From Tubulanus polymorphus (Eukaryota; Animalia; Nemertea): DNA of 64,000 bases. Shown one piece after another: positions 40,010-52,672 of this stretch. The first letter of the stretch is position 1; every line of letters begins with the position of its first letter. The DNA lies in assembly GCF_964204645.1 (NCBI RefSeq), contig NC_134031.1:20963910-21027909 (forward strand), in the 5' to 3' direction. The notes under the pieces were generated by a model. That model had not been told where the DNA came from. It saw nothing but the letters and a program-made list of their open reading frames with translations, and did no database searches. The translations under genes and the position numbers were made by a program.

Positions 40010-43000
40010 TCAAGTATTTTGATGATGGCCGTGTGTTTGAGGACTCGGACTACGTCCTAAGGATGACAAGGATGAGCGCTGCGATGTGCCGTAGTTCAAC
40101 GAGGAAAGTGCTTGAGCTCTTTGTACAGCCGCGATAGCTGCGGCCGGGATAGGTGGGCTTATTGGAGGAAAACAACGATCTGACAGACGTGATATAGGTG
40201 GCAGCCCGGTATGAGTCCCAACCATTGACGACAACATATTCTGTGATAGTGGACGTTGGTTCGTTGATGATATAGGACTCGGTAGTGGCCCCAATCCGTC
40301 TTGCTGACTATGCGTTGTTCTCAATGACAATGGCGCCATCACATTTGGCGTTGCACACCTATCATCGCTGTGACCCCCGTCGTGCATCGCCTCGCGCATT
40401 TCTCTCATATTAGCTTCACGCATCTCGCGCATGTTCACATGATCTCGTTGCATATCCCGCATCATATCACGCATGCTCATATCTCGCATACTCATATCTC
40501 TCATATTCATATCTCTCATATTCATATCGCGCATGCTAGCCTCGCGCATGCTGGCCTCGCGCATATTCGCCTCACGGTAATTCGCCTCAGCTCGTAGACT
40601 TGCTTCGCGCATGTTTTCACGAACGACTTCACGCATGCTCTCACGTAGAGTGTCCCTTATTACGTCCATGCTCGGTGTAGCCATCGGATTATGTGGATTC
40701 GTTAGATTTAAACCACCAGTAGGTGATAGTTGATGGCTAGGTGTACTTGGTCCGCTCGACATGTGGTTTGTTGGGCTATTCTGACCAGGTAATGGTGTAG
40801 CTGTTGTTGGGCTCATGGTGGGAGTACTGTTAGCTGATGTTTTGGTTGGCGAGTTGGAATGTTGAGACAAATGAGAGTGAAGCTGAAAATAAATGATCAA
40901 ACAATATATTTTGTCAATCAACAAAATAGCAGAAAACCTCAACTCTATCGATCACTGCGTAACAATATTCCGTAAAACAATCCCATCCCTTTAACTGAAA
41001 CCGTAAAACAAAATGCTAGGCCTCATGCAACATATACCAATACTTTAAGACAAATACCATAATTAATTTATGCTGGTGCAAATATATCATTTTTTAACGA
41101 GCTAGAATTAGCAGATATAAAACTGATATCTAGTATTATTTGGATCTAACCAGCTCGCACGCCAGATAAACACTCAAGACTGACAACGCTGAAAGTTGGG
41201 CACCCAAAATCTGTTAGATCAGTAGGTGGTATATGCTTGTGTACAGAGGCCAAGCCCTCTTTAATCCAGACAACAGGAAAACTCATATTTCCACACATTT
41301 CAAGGGATCAAAAATATTTGATTATCTACGCCGTAAAATCTTTGTAATTTGCAAATTTTGATGCACCAGTGGCCCTCGCTGATCTGTTCATGCGATGCAA
41401 AACAGACATTGTTTTGAATAAATATTTGATGAAATTGCCAATATCGATGGCCTGAAATGACCTTGATAACCTTGGGGCTCGTTCCACAAACCTTAATTAA
41501 AGCTTAACTTTAATCACTTTTATGCTCCCTTAAAAGTTCTGGGAATGGATTTAATTCCACTTTGTGAAAGAAGCCACAGGGAAGATCATAAATTAGATTT
41601 TTTTGCAATTCCATCAAACGGGAAAGTTAGTGAACTTAATAATTGCATCTTGAACATTTTTCGCACGCAAGATCAGCTAGGCCAACTGTTACAAATCAGC
41701 AAATCAGATTAAAGAGGGTTTCAGTGAACACCTTCTCATCTGGACGGCTTACCCTTGAAATATGTTTGTCCAGACTAGACTCGGTGACAAATCCGCGTTG
41801 ACATACCGTGCAGTAGAAACTCTTCCGAGACCCCTTGGCTTTTGTGTTGTCATGGTTTCGCTGATGATGCTGTAAATTGGAAAGCTGTGCGAATGCTTTG
41901 TTGCAGTCCGGTATATTACATTTATACGGTTTTTCACCTGAAATCAAATTGAGGTGAAAATGAACGTTAATAAATTATTGTTAAAGCAAAGTGGTTGTTC
42001 TGATACACTCTCCCGGTGTAAAAACATGGCAACATTTTCAACCCGGTGTAAAAACATGGCAACAGTTTCAACCCGGTGTAAAAACATGGCAACATTTTCA
42101 ACCCGGTGTAAAAACATGGCAACAGTTTCAACCCGGTGTAAAAACATGGCAACATTTTCAACCCGGTGGAAAAACATGGCAACATTTTCAACCCAGTGGA
42201 AAAACATGGCAACATATTCAAGAGCATTTCTATTCAAACTCAGACAAAAAGTTTGAATAAAAATGTTCGCGAGGAAGTGAAGGCTTCGTGAGGAGAAATA
42301 TTTTGTGCCGGTAAAAGGCCTGTAAAAATGAAAATGCTAATTTCAGAAGTTGTATATGTGTCAAGATAGACAGAAGAAGCCGCTTAAAAGTTCACTTGTC
42401 GCGACGGGTAAAAAAAAAATATCAGACAAATAAAAGACGGATTTATAAGTTCTGAGAACTGTCTCTCAAAGTACCAGCATTCAATCTAAACTTAGCTTTA
42501 AAAATTAGGGAATCATCATCATTATTTGACTGTATAACTGGGTGGCAGTATGACTGGGTGGCAGTATGACTGGGTGGCAGTATGACTGGGTGGCAGTATG
42601 ACTGGGTGGCAGTATGACTGCAAGGGGATTTGATGGCCTCAAGTGATATTGAGTACAAAAACATGGGAAAAATGAAGTGAAATTTAGCTTTCGTATTGTA
42701 ACCAGCCTGAAGGAAGATGATGAAACTGTTTTCTTAGGAAGAAAATTCACATCAAAATCTTCAGAACTAGTAGGAACAGTTGTATTACTGAATGTCCAAT
42801 TTCAATCTCAATAGGCCTAAGCCATTATGTGTTACTGCCAGCCTTTTGTGAATGTTTCAACTTTCTCCGCGTAAATTTCTATTTGTCTAACTAAAATGTC
42901 AAATCAATAATTATTTTTCAGCTTTATTAGTTTTTCTGTAGCATTCCAACAGTATTGTCCATTTCATCGATAAAAAAACTTAAAAGATTCATTCAAACTA

Positions 43001-46000
43001 TTCATCTGTCTGGTTTTCAGTACAAGGACTAGGTGAACTTCACAATGTGCAGTTCTATATACAAACACCAGACGACACTTGATCCGTATTTTCATAGACT
43101 GGAAAAAATCGATATGAATTGAGTAAAATGTGAAATATCTGATAGAACTAAGTGAAATTACGAATCATACGTATCAAAACAGTTGTCATTTTCAGAATTT
43201 TCTCCACAGGTAGTTTTAACTAGTGCCGGTTCACAAAACATTTTCAGCTGTATATTTCTAGGCCAAATGAGTCATAACGATGTCATCTCCTCTATTCATC
43301 CCCTTTTATTTATTTTTTCAGATTTTCTAAATTCCTCAATAATAAATTTCATTTTTGGTTTCCAGAAAATAATGAAGCAACGCAGACAAAATCATGACAT
43401 ATTTGAAACAAAATCGATCAAAGCATCTTCAAAATTTCTCATTGAAAACTTTGAAAATGTGTGCTGATTTTGCTGAATAACAATGGCCGCCGGTCAGCCA
43501 TCTTGATCGTGATGGGGCCAATATTTTGGCAAAAGATGCATCTATGGTAGATACGCACATCAATCAAATAGCACGACCATAAATTGAAAATTTCTGTCGA
43601 CAAATGGACGGACAATGGACAAAAACTGTCAAACGCAATAGCCCGCTGGGACAGGTGGGCACAAGACATGTTTTACAGCGCAGAACTTGTGTGAGAAGAT
43701 TGGCCTTTTCTCTAGCATAGATGATATACATACCATCCGGGATATTAACTCCATCGAACATTTCAGCACCAGGTGGCGTTGGATCATTTTTATCGTGGTT
43801 GCGTTGATGATGCTGTAAACTCGCCAGTTGAGCGAACGACTTGTTACAATATGGCATTGAACATTTATACGGTTTTTCACCTGAAAATAGATTTTTGAAA
43901 AAAAAATTGAATGCAAAGGAATAGAATCGCAATAAACAATGAAAATACCCAAAATCAGCTTTAAATGAAAATCAAAATGAAATCAAAATCGTCACTGGTC
44001 GACTTTTTTAGTTTTTGATAATTTTTTCTTATGTCGGTTTTGAAGAAACTATCACACCCTATAGCCACACCAGGCAGTTCCCTATAGCCACACCAGGCAG
44101 TTCCCTATAGCCACACCAGGCAGTTCCCTATAGCCACACCAGGCAGTTCCAATCACATGGTAATAGTATAAGCCAATTTCATGTTCGGTCCTCAATGAAA
44201 GTTTCCTTACGGTTTCACAAGCAACAATCACCGACCAACAAATGTAGTGAAACTATCAAATCAAACGATACAGAAACATAAAGGATGAAAATTGATTCAA
44301 TTAATCAAGACACATAGAAAAATAGAATAACGTTTTTAAATTGCACATGACACATACACAAACAACTATATAAATATATCTATCTGAAAATATGACTAAA
44401 GGATCCAGAATAAAAGTGTTAGGGGGCAGTTTTGGTTTTGAATGTGAAGGAAATTTGACTAACAACTAAGTTTGGATTTAGGTATGGAGCGCCACTGTGG
44501 TTTACAAACACACACACATATATAATATACAGTTGAAAGTAGTTTGAATCTACGCTACAGAATGGAAATAAAGAAGCGCAAAATATCGACAATAAAAAAA
44601 CAAGCACAGCTAAAAAGATGGTTGTTTTTGAATGGAAGGGTGGTTTTTGAATTGAAAAGCCTGCACATACCTGTGTGCAGCCTGGTATGGCGCTGCAGGT
44701 GTGAGAGCTGGATGAAGCCTTTTGGACAGAAGGAGCACTGGTATTTACGTTCCCCTGCAGCAAGAGCAGAGACCAAGAGTACATTTACACATGCCACATT
44801 TATTGAAATGATCTACTCTCTAATATCATGTCATTTCGTTCTTTTAATCTCGAATGAATCAATTGTTTTATGGTAGGTTATGGTGGTAAACTAAGGTGTG
44901 TTAGGATATAAATATAAAGTCATGAAAAAATGGCTGCCAACTTGGTCAACTTGATTTTCAAACTTAAATATTCTGCCAACCCCGACTGGAGATATCTTCA
45001 TTTGCTCCGGGAGACCCACGTATATGATAAAACTTTCATATATTTTCCGCGAGTATCTTTTTTTGAATACTCGATGAAATCTGGTTTTTATGGGACTGAT
45101 TCGATACCGATCCCCGAACAGATATTTTTATCATTCTATTCAAGTATTTCTCTTCAAGCTTGTTTTCCTGAGTTCTAATTAATGTATGTGGAATGCAGTT
45201 TTTACACGTGCCTCTGAAGGTCAGCTTTCACCGTTAAGGAGTATGTAAAAACCAATTATGACTTATGAACTGCGATGTCTCAACGATGAACGAGACATCT
45301 CACAGTTGGTCGAGAACATACGGGATAATAGAAAAAAGTATGGTTCTTTTAAAAACTGAAATAAGAAAAAAGGGAGCTCAGTAAAAACTTATCAAAAACC
45401 GAAGTCAATTTTAATAATGAGATTAGTATCGGGATTAGGAGAATGTACTCTTGGTTGACTACTCTTGCGTTTAAATCGATCACTTTGTTTTTCAAATTCA
45501 AATCAAATAACAAGTCATCAGTAAACAATCCCTCACACACCTTGACACCGGTTTAAACCATGGATTCAAATACATACACATCGCTAAGTTTTACCCATTT
45601 TAACAAATAGTTGGTAATTGCGAGAAATGCAAAGTATCGCAATTTGAATCCATTTTTCAAGAAAGTTTGTATCCATTTCTAACCCTTACACGGAGAAGTT
45701 CAGATTTTCATCGGCACAAGTCGGGACTGGAGTGAATGAAACAGTTCAGTCCCAGTTGTACTATTCCCCGCTTAATCTGATTCCGGTTCGACAGTTGTGA
45801 GTTAGATTTAAGTCTCTGAATTGAAATGAGTTAATTTTCTATTCGTTAACTCGGAGTCTGATCTGAATTCATAACCGTAGAACTGGGTCCTGATCTGTTT
45901 GTACTTATGCAGCAAGAATGACCATTTCATTTGCATATTTATCAATTTGAATGTAATATGTACATAATGATTAAAGTAACAATTTAAGTAGATGGCTTGG

Positions 46001-46985
46001 TGTCATGTTGCCAATGATACATGATATGTTAATTTTTGATTGCCAGTTAATTGACGCATATGATTTTAATTTCAAAATAAAATAGAATTTCAAATCTGGT
46101 GTAAATATCTCTGAATATAATACAACTATAGTTTTATAATCGTTAATTAGAAAAATGATCAGGGGAGGGTAGGCAGGGTTCTGCGTAAATAGGAGTAATC
46201 CTTGTACAACTGGGAGATGACGTCAGTATCGTAGACTTGGTCGATGAATAAAACAGTAGCGGTTAGAAATAAATTCACACTCGTGGTTTTGTTTGTCACC
46301 ATCACCTACCAACATTTAAATCATATAAACATGTATTAAAAATAACTTGAATGAGTATTGCCAGAATTAGACCTTTTTGGATCATTCCATACAGTTTTAC
46401 GAAGGGTTCAACTCGCGATAAGTGGTTCTTAAAACACAAATAAAACACTTCCTCCGATAAGCCTGATTGGTATTTCCAAATTCAAATTCAAATTTCAACA
46501 CGGTTTCATACGAAGACTGTTTTGGAAACATCCCCGAGATTCAGTACTCATTCAAGTAAAGATCATCTTATCAGAACAGCACAAACACTGCCCCCTAGTG
46601 GAGTATCCATACCCCTAATTCTTGATGGTGCTTACAAACCTATATATGTAGACAGGCATCGGTTATTAACTATGCACCATCCTCAACATAATTGTTTTTA
46701 TCAAGTTCAGCCGATGATGTCATAGATACAAATCTGCCCCCTGGTGGCGCAGTTAGACATACCTGTATGGATACGAGTGTGTTGTTGAAGATGAGATATC
46801 TGTTTGAAGGCTTTCTCGCAGTATTTGCACTGATATTTCCGGATGCCTGTATGCACGAGCGAATGCTGATGCAGCTGCGATGGACTCGCAAATGATTTAT
46901 AGCAATTAGGACACGGATGAGCCTTATCTTGGATGCCGTGTGTTTCTTTTCCGTGGTTGAAAACGTCGGATTTGTTTTCAAATTT
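40010..46985 (-). CDS. C2H2 zinc-finger transcription factor related to rotund/squeeze/ZNF384/ZNF362/jim, 3' part. Exons: A 46985-46763, B 44754-44671, C 43880-43734, D 41937-41753, terminal 40882-40010. 5' exons not located and probably beyond 64000
   Basis: A: KFENKSDVFNHGKETHGIQDKAHPCPNCYKSFASPSQLHQHSLVHTGIRKYQCKYCEKAFKQISHLQQHTRIHTG. B: ERKYQCSFCPKGFIQLSHLQRHTRLHTG. C: EKPYKCSMPYCNKSFAQLASLQHHQRNH. D: EKPYKCNIPDCNKAFAQLSNLQHHQRNH...FYCTVCQRGFVTESSLDKHISR|LH, the last finger completed across the splice. QLSHLQQH/QLSNLQ helices are typical of the rotund/ZNF384 group; exact orthology is uncertain. Confidence 0.88.
42012..42220. repeat. Minisatellite, 7 x 30 bp (CCCGGTGTAAAAACATGGCAACA[T/G]TTTCAA)
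   Basis: Units start every 30 bp from 42012. The first five alternate between T and G variants (60-bp higher-order period). Confidence 0.95.
42537..42620. repeat. Minisatellite, 5 x 16 bp (ACTGGGTGGCAGTATG)
   Basis: Direct reading. Confidence 0.95.
44057..44150. repeat. Minisatellite, 4 x 23 bp (CCCTATAGCCACACCAGGCAGTT)
   Basis: Direct reading. Confidence 0.95.
45783..45892. mobile_element. Diverged copy of the MITE seen at 9737-9847
   Basis: CCGGTTCGACAGTTGTGAGTTAG...ATAACCGTAGAACTGGGTCCT. Confidence 0.6.
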
Positions 46986-48558
46986 CTGTAAATATTGAAA
47001 AAACGCTCATGAATGAACACAACAGCATTTGAATTAGGTATTATCAAACACTTTTTTAGAAATGTTTTATGTCGGTGGTAAAAGCCTTTTCCCAAAAAAT
47101 AAAATAGGCAACTGAAACAACCAGCTTCAGTCTGCACCAGACATCAAATTCACATTTAGAGAAACTGGTTACAAATGGTGTCGATATAAAACTCAAGTCA
47201 TGCGAATTAATTGAACTCTGTATTTCTAAATTCTTTATGGCTTCTTTTGCCTTGATATTATTCAGCTTCAACATTCGAAATATTGCTTCACTTCTGAACG
47301 CCTCTTTCTATATCTGAGTATATCTGAATATTTATAGACGTCAACGATTGAATTTGGGATGAAATCAACTTTACGCTTTTAGCACCTAGCGTATTACTGT
47401 CGCCTGGTTACAAAGTGTATTCCAATTACAAACACGTGAAACATCTTCAAATGAAAACGATGTTAGAATTTCCAGATAATCGTTAGAAATCCGAGTAGAT
47501 CAAAAGATTCCACGTGTTTGTATTAATTACATTAATCAATAATGAGAAGCAAATGAAAAACTGGCCCACATTATACTTGGTTACATGTCCAAAGTATCTA
47601 TGTGCTTACAGGGCTATAGATTCTGTGTTAACCCCGATTGAGGCTCAAATTTGTTGGCCAGTTGTATAATGCAGGTATAATCCCAGTTGTACAAAGATTT
47701 CCCCAGTTGTAGATTTCTCTAAACACCTCAAATGATAAAATAGGTAAATGTGATAATAATGCGACACCAGAATTATACAGGAATTGTTGTTACAGTGGAC
47801 AGTGAATAGATACGCCTAGTGCAAAAAGCATGAAACAAAATCAACGGAAATGTTTTTCTGGTTTGTTTCGTGATGAGCGTGTGTGTGAGTTGCTCCAGAA
47901 ACCTTGCTTCTCTCGCTAGAATTGCTGGTATCACAGAAATGTTTCAGTACGTTTCTTGTTTTGAAATACGTGACTGCTGCGAACTAAATGCTAAAACAAA
48001 CACAAACTATGTTTCTCGTTCGCAGAAGTGTTTCTTTCAGCGGTTCAATAAATATGAAGGACTTTAACATAGGTCTAGTCAACTAGTCTAGTCATTAGAT
48101 CCAGCATTTTGTACAACTGAGAAATGGACCACTTGGACCTTAAACATAGGAGCTAAAATTTGTTGAACTGGTTACTGGCAGCACAACTATCATAGAGAGC
48201 TCATACTGGAGTTGAGGCATTTGATGCTCATTAGATTTGATTTTTGCTGATTAACGAATTATTTCAATGAGAACACTGAATAAGCAGATATCATTATAAC
48301 TATTTGATCAGAATTTAAGCCGGGATCATTGATAGAAGTGGTCAGAATTATCAAAGAAATATCAGCTCATTTTCTCTGCAACTTTAATGCCTTTAATTTC
48401 AATATTTCTTCGAAATGGTTCAGAAATCTAGGAGCGAGATTTTCTTGATAATAATCGAGATTTAAAAATGAATAAAAAGTCGCTTAGCAACAGAAACAGA
48501 CGGGCGAAATACAGTTGAAGATTTCACTAATCTTTCTAGAATTTTCACCCACACTATC

Positions 48559-48691
48559 CCGCTTAATTCGGATCGTTCGTGACCTATGAATTTATTTAGG
48601 TTTTATGAGAAATCCAGAATATGAATTTAAGTATAAAAGGTCATATCCCGATTACAACGAAATCTGGATTAAGCCGATCCGAATTAAGCGG
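48559..48691. mobile_element. MITE with 17-bp perfect inverted termini
   Basis: CCGCTTAATTCGGATCG...CGATCCGAATTAAGCGG. Confidence 0.65.
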
Positions 48692-49438
48692 TTTGATTCA
48701 ACGTGCATCGGGACGATGAAAGGTTTTAGGATAGATCATCATATATCATTTCAGTTTTCACAGAGAGGCTGTAATGACAGTCGCATGCACAAAGCGTTTT
48801 TCTAAATCATGCAGAGTTAGTACGATATCTTATACTCGAGGAAGCAATTTACAGTTGTCCATCATTTATTATATTTTCATCCGAAATTGATTGAAATATG
48901 ATAAGATGATATAAAAAAGCGTGACACTGAAGAGCATATACCCTACACACCGGAATGAAGGTAATTTCGTGCGCCGACACTGCTAGATAAAGTGACACCG
49001 TTCAGCGTTGTTTTTTTTCTTCTCATTTCTATTTAATTCATTTTTTTTTCATATCGAAATATCAATTATAAACAGATGAAATAAGAATGTGCGCTTATCA
49101 TTCGATGAAAACTAAGGCCTCATAAATATAATATCGATTGATTTCACAAAATTGAACGATCAACGCTCGAAATGGATCAACATTCATTTATGAGACCTTC
49201 GAAAAAGACATAAAACCCGATATGACATGTATTTGAAAATTGAATCTAGAAATCATCGATTATGACTCATACCGATTCCCCTGCGAACAAAATATATAGA
49301 TTTGATATGATATAAAATACGAATTAAGATACGATAATTTGATATATACTGATCATATATGAGTATAAATATATTTGTTCTATAGATAATGCGACTGTGT
49401 ATCATGTCTACGGTTTCATATACTGTGGAAGCTCTTAC

Positions 49439-49510
49439 AGATTTTGTGTCTTTCTTGTGATGTTCCCGTCCTTTATGCTTCCAATGCGGGCACTCGGAAT
49501 AGGGGACAGT
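49439..49510 (-). CDS. Candidate 72-nt phase-0 cassette exon of the zinc-finger gene (TVPYSECPHWKHKGREHHKKDTKS)
   Basis: Acceptor TTTTTTCGCTCACCCTTTCGTCGTAG and donor TCT|GTAAGA. Length is 3n and the exon is open in the phase required by exon A. Confidence 0.4.
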
Positions 49511-52500
49511 CTACGACGAAAGGGTGAGCGAAAAAATATCAAGAATTTTTACCAGCAGCGTCAGTTCACTCAAAGAAACTGCGCATAGTTAAAAACAACA
49601 ACAAAACCAAAAAAAACAAAAAACGTAAATTTTCTGGGTTCGATACGAAAAAGCGAAACAAATATATAATTCTTTTTAATAGAGAAAATGTGCTTTTTTT
49701 GAGGATCGAATGAAAATTAGGTTCAGACCCAGTTGCCCCTAATCATCCTAACACCGAATCCACCTGGAGCAACCTTTTGATGCTTGTCTCTGGATAAATT
49801 AGCTTTGCAGCTTGCTTTATTGGATACATGATTGAAAACTAAAAACTGGCTTCATGCGATCATTTAGAAGATAATCACCAGATCAGATCAATAACATTTT
49901 CAGTATCGTCAGTTTGACTGCGTACTTGCTACTTGTAGTAGCGTATGAATGACTAAGTCCAAGGTCTCGAAGATTCTTAGATTAAATAATAATGTGGCCA
50001 AATCACAACCAGTGACAATCATAAACATGTTGAGCATGATAATAAATTAGTAAACCTAATGTGACATAAAATATCCAAATTCTCATGGATTCCCGATTAC
50101 AGCTATCATAAAACTACAGAACGTTTGTCCAACACTAGCAGACGCAGGGGTAGCCACCACCATAACAAACGTGCAAATATATGAATATTCATAGGACATT
50201 AGAGCTGTTATAGCCAATGAGCTATGAGGATGTTTAATAAGCAAACCCACAGTTGATGAGCTAACACCATTCATTTTACTCGATTAAACTCCATCATCAG
50301 AGAAAAAAACGAAACCATAATATCAAAACTGTCAGGAAACAAAATGGTTAAATCATCAACCGTGGATTTCACTGTGAATATAATGAGATTAATATCGGTA
50401 TCTAGAAGTCAGACGCTTGTCCTGAGGTTTTATGAAAAACCATCAATTTGTATATGAATAAAAATGTATCAGTCTGTACCGTATTAGGTACCTTTATATA
50501 ATATATTAATCTAAAACATTTATCAATTTCTTCAAATAAATGTGCATTTCAGACATTGATCATATTGTTTAATAAGGCATGTATACTAGCCACTATTATC
50601 ACCTGGATCAGGGTTTTAGCTCAACTCGGTTTTTTCATATTCATTATGATAAAACTTATTTCTGGGTTAAGTTGATTTATTTACCAACAATTTGAATATA
50701 CATATGAAATTTTACATGATATACTTTTGTAATTTTTTAATGAAACCACAGATACGAGTTGTTCAGTCTCATGACTCATTATAACAGGCGTATTACCGGG
50801 TCGGTAATATTCTCAAATTCTAACATCACTATTGCGGTTATCTAGTCATCATTGCGGCTAATGATATTCTAAAACTTTTTTCTATGCAACCGCGATCTTA
50901 GTATTTCACATTAAGTGTTGTACAAGGTATAGATTTCGTCGACTAATGAAAAAAAAAATCCTGGTGTATCTTAACATATCGCGTGTCATCGCGTGACATC
51001 GGAGATGGTTTGCTAAGAAAGTTTTTCGGATATGCGAGACGACGCGACCCGACGCCCCAAACTTTCCCCACAAGAGAATGTAAAAAATACAAAGCACGAC
51101 CGACTACTGGACGGATTAAAGGCGTCTTTTTGATGAATTTTTTTTTTCATTTTCGAGCCGAATCTCGTAATTGGAAGCTCTCGAGAGTAACGTTATACAT
51201 CGAGATATGATAAAACGTTGCGGCGATATTTTTTTCCACTAGCTCTGAATATTTGATATATCTTGAGATTAAACAATTGATAAAAAATTTCTAACGTCCT
51301 AAAGCGAAGGGGGGGATTATGTATATACGGTGATGTCAAATGATACGTTCATATCAATTGCCCGGTATTCACAAACTTTTTACACGTATTCAGAAACACT
51401 TGGTCACTGGAGCATTTTTCGTATTGACAGCGGGTGGATCGGAATGACGTGCTTGTCGTATCTCGGATGGAAAACAACAATTGGTTCGTTAGTTCGGTCA
51501 AGTGACAGGGGACTGAACACAACTTCAGCAGCGAATATTAACCAACTAAAGATGGAAGAAAAAAACCGATTTTTAAAAGCACAGAACAACGTCAAACTTC
51601 TCGATTCAGTGGCTGTGAATTTAGCTTCGGTATTTCTATATATCATGTAAACTTTATCAAATGATAGATTTCATAAAATATGTAAAGTGCTCTAATACCC
51701 AGTAGTTGAGAGCGGTTTATAGATAAGTATCATGTTTTTTCTGTGATCTCCCTAGCGAGGATGTGGGATCTCAGGGAAAACCAAATATGGAAAATAATAC
51801 GAGAGAGTCTGAAGTTTAGATCTACTTTGTTTAAATCATGTACATGTACCAACTGAACCGCTGTATAGAGCCAGGCTCGGATCAACTCACTTACAATGGA
51901 ATTCACTGATCGCTATTTGTTGTGCGACTGACCGCGAGGGCTCACATCAATACCAATTCCTGGTGTCATCAAGAATAGATCGTGATCCACGCCGTAAAAA
52001 TATACAACATTTCTAATTCCAATGAATAACAATCTCATTGGCAACAAATAGTTTGAGTTAGAAAAATAATTCGATGAAATGACATGATTCTCATTGATTC
52101 ATCATCACTAAGTATAAATGGTGGAATGTGAATTAACTGTGGTTGTATTTTGTTCAGTTTAGAATTGTCCATTCAAATAATAATACTATTAATTATCATA
52201 ACTCAAAGATGACCAGTTCTATTAATATCGATCTACCCTCAATATTGACTCCTGAATGAAAATATCATCATTTATTTGGAAATATTTATTTCACCAGTTT
52301 CAACCACAGCGTCTAAAAAGTAGTGCGCTCATGTCTGAACCAAATTACACAGTTTTAAGATTTTCCTAAAAAGACTCTTCTATGATCCGTATACTCAGTA
52401 TTTCCGGAACTCAGATATCATCTATAATCTCTGAATACTAGTTATAGAATACTAGTTCTATACGTTTATTGTACGCAGAATTATATCATTTCATATCTGG

Positions 52501-52593
52501 AGACAGCTTGAAGACACTTCGTAACACACGGTCAGTTTTTACTCGCTGAAAAACAAATATAATCACGGCAGTACACTGGTAACACCCTTCTCA

Positions 52594-52597
<4 letters not shown>

Positions 52598-52670
<73 letters not shown>
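52598..52670. repeat. (AT)~36 microsatellite
   Basis: Direct reading. Confidence 0.97.

Positions 52671-52672
<2 letters not shown>

Noticed and set aside
41944-42260. Four overlapping repetitive ORFs
   Set aside because: Translations of the stop-free 30-bp minisatellite inside an intron.
50910-50942. 33-nt phase-0 micro-exon candidate (STKSIPCTTLN)
   Set aside because: Good acceptor but a weak donor (GTGAAA); unsupported without transcript data.
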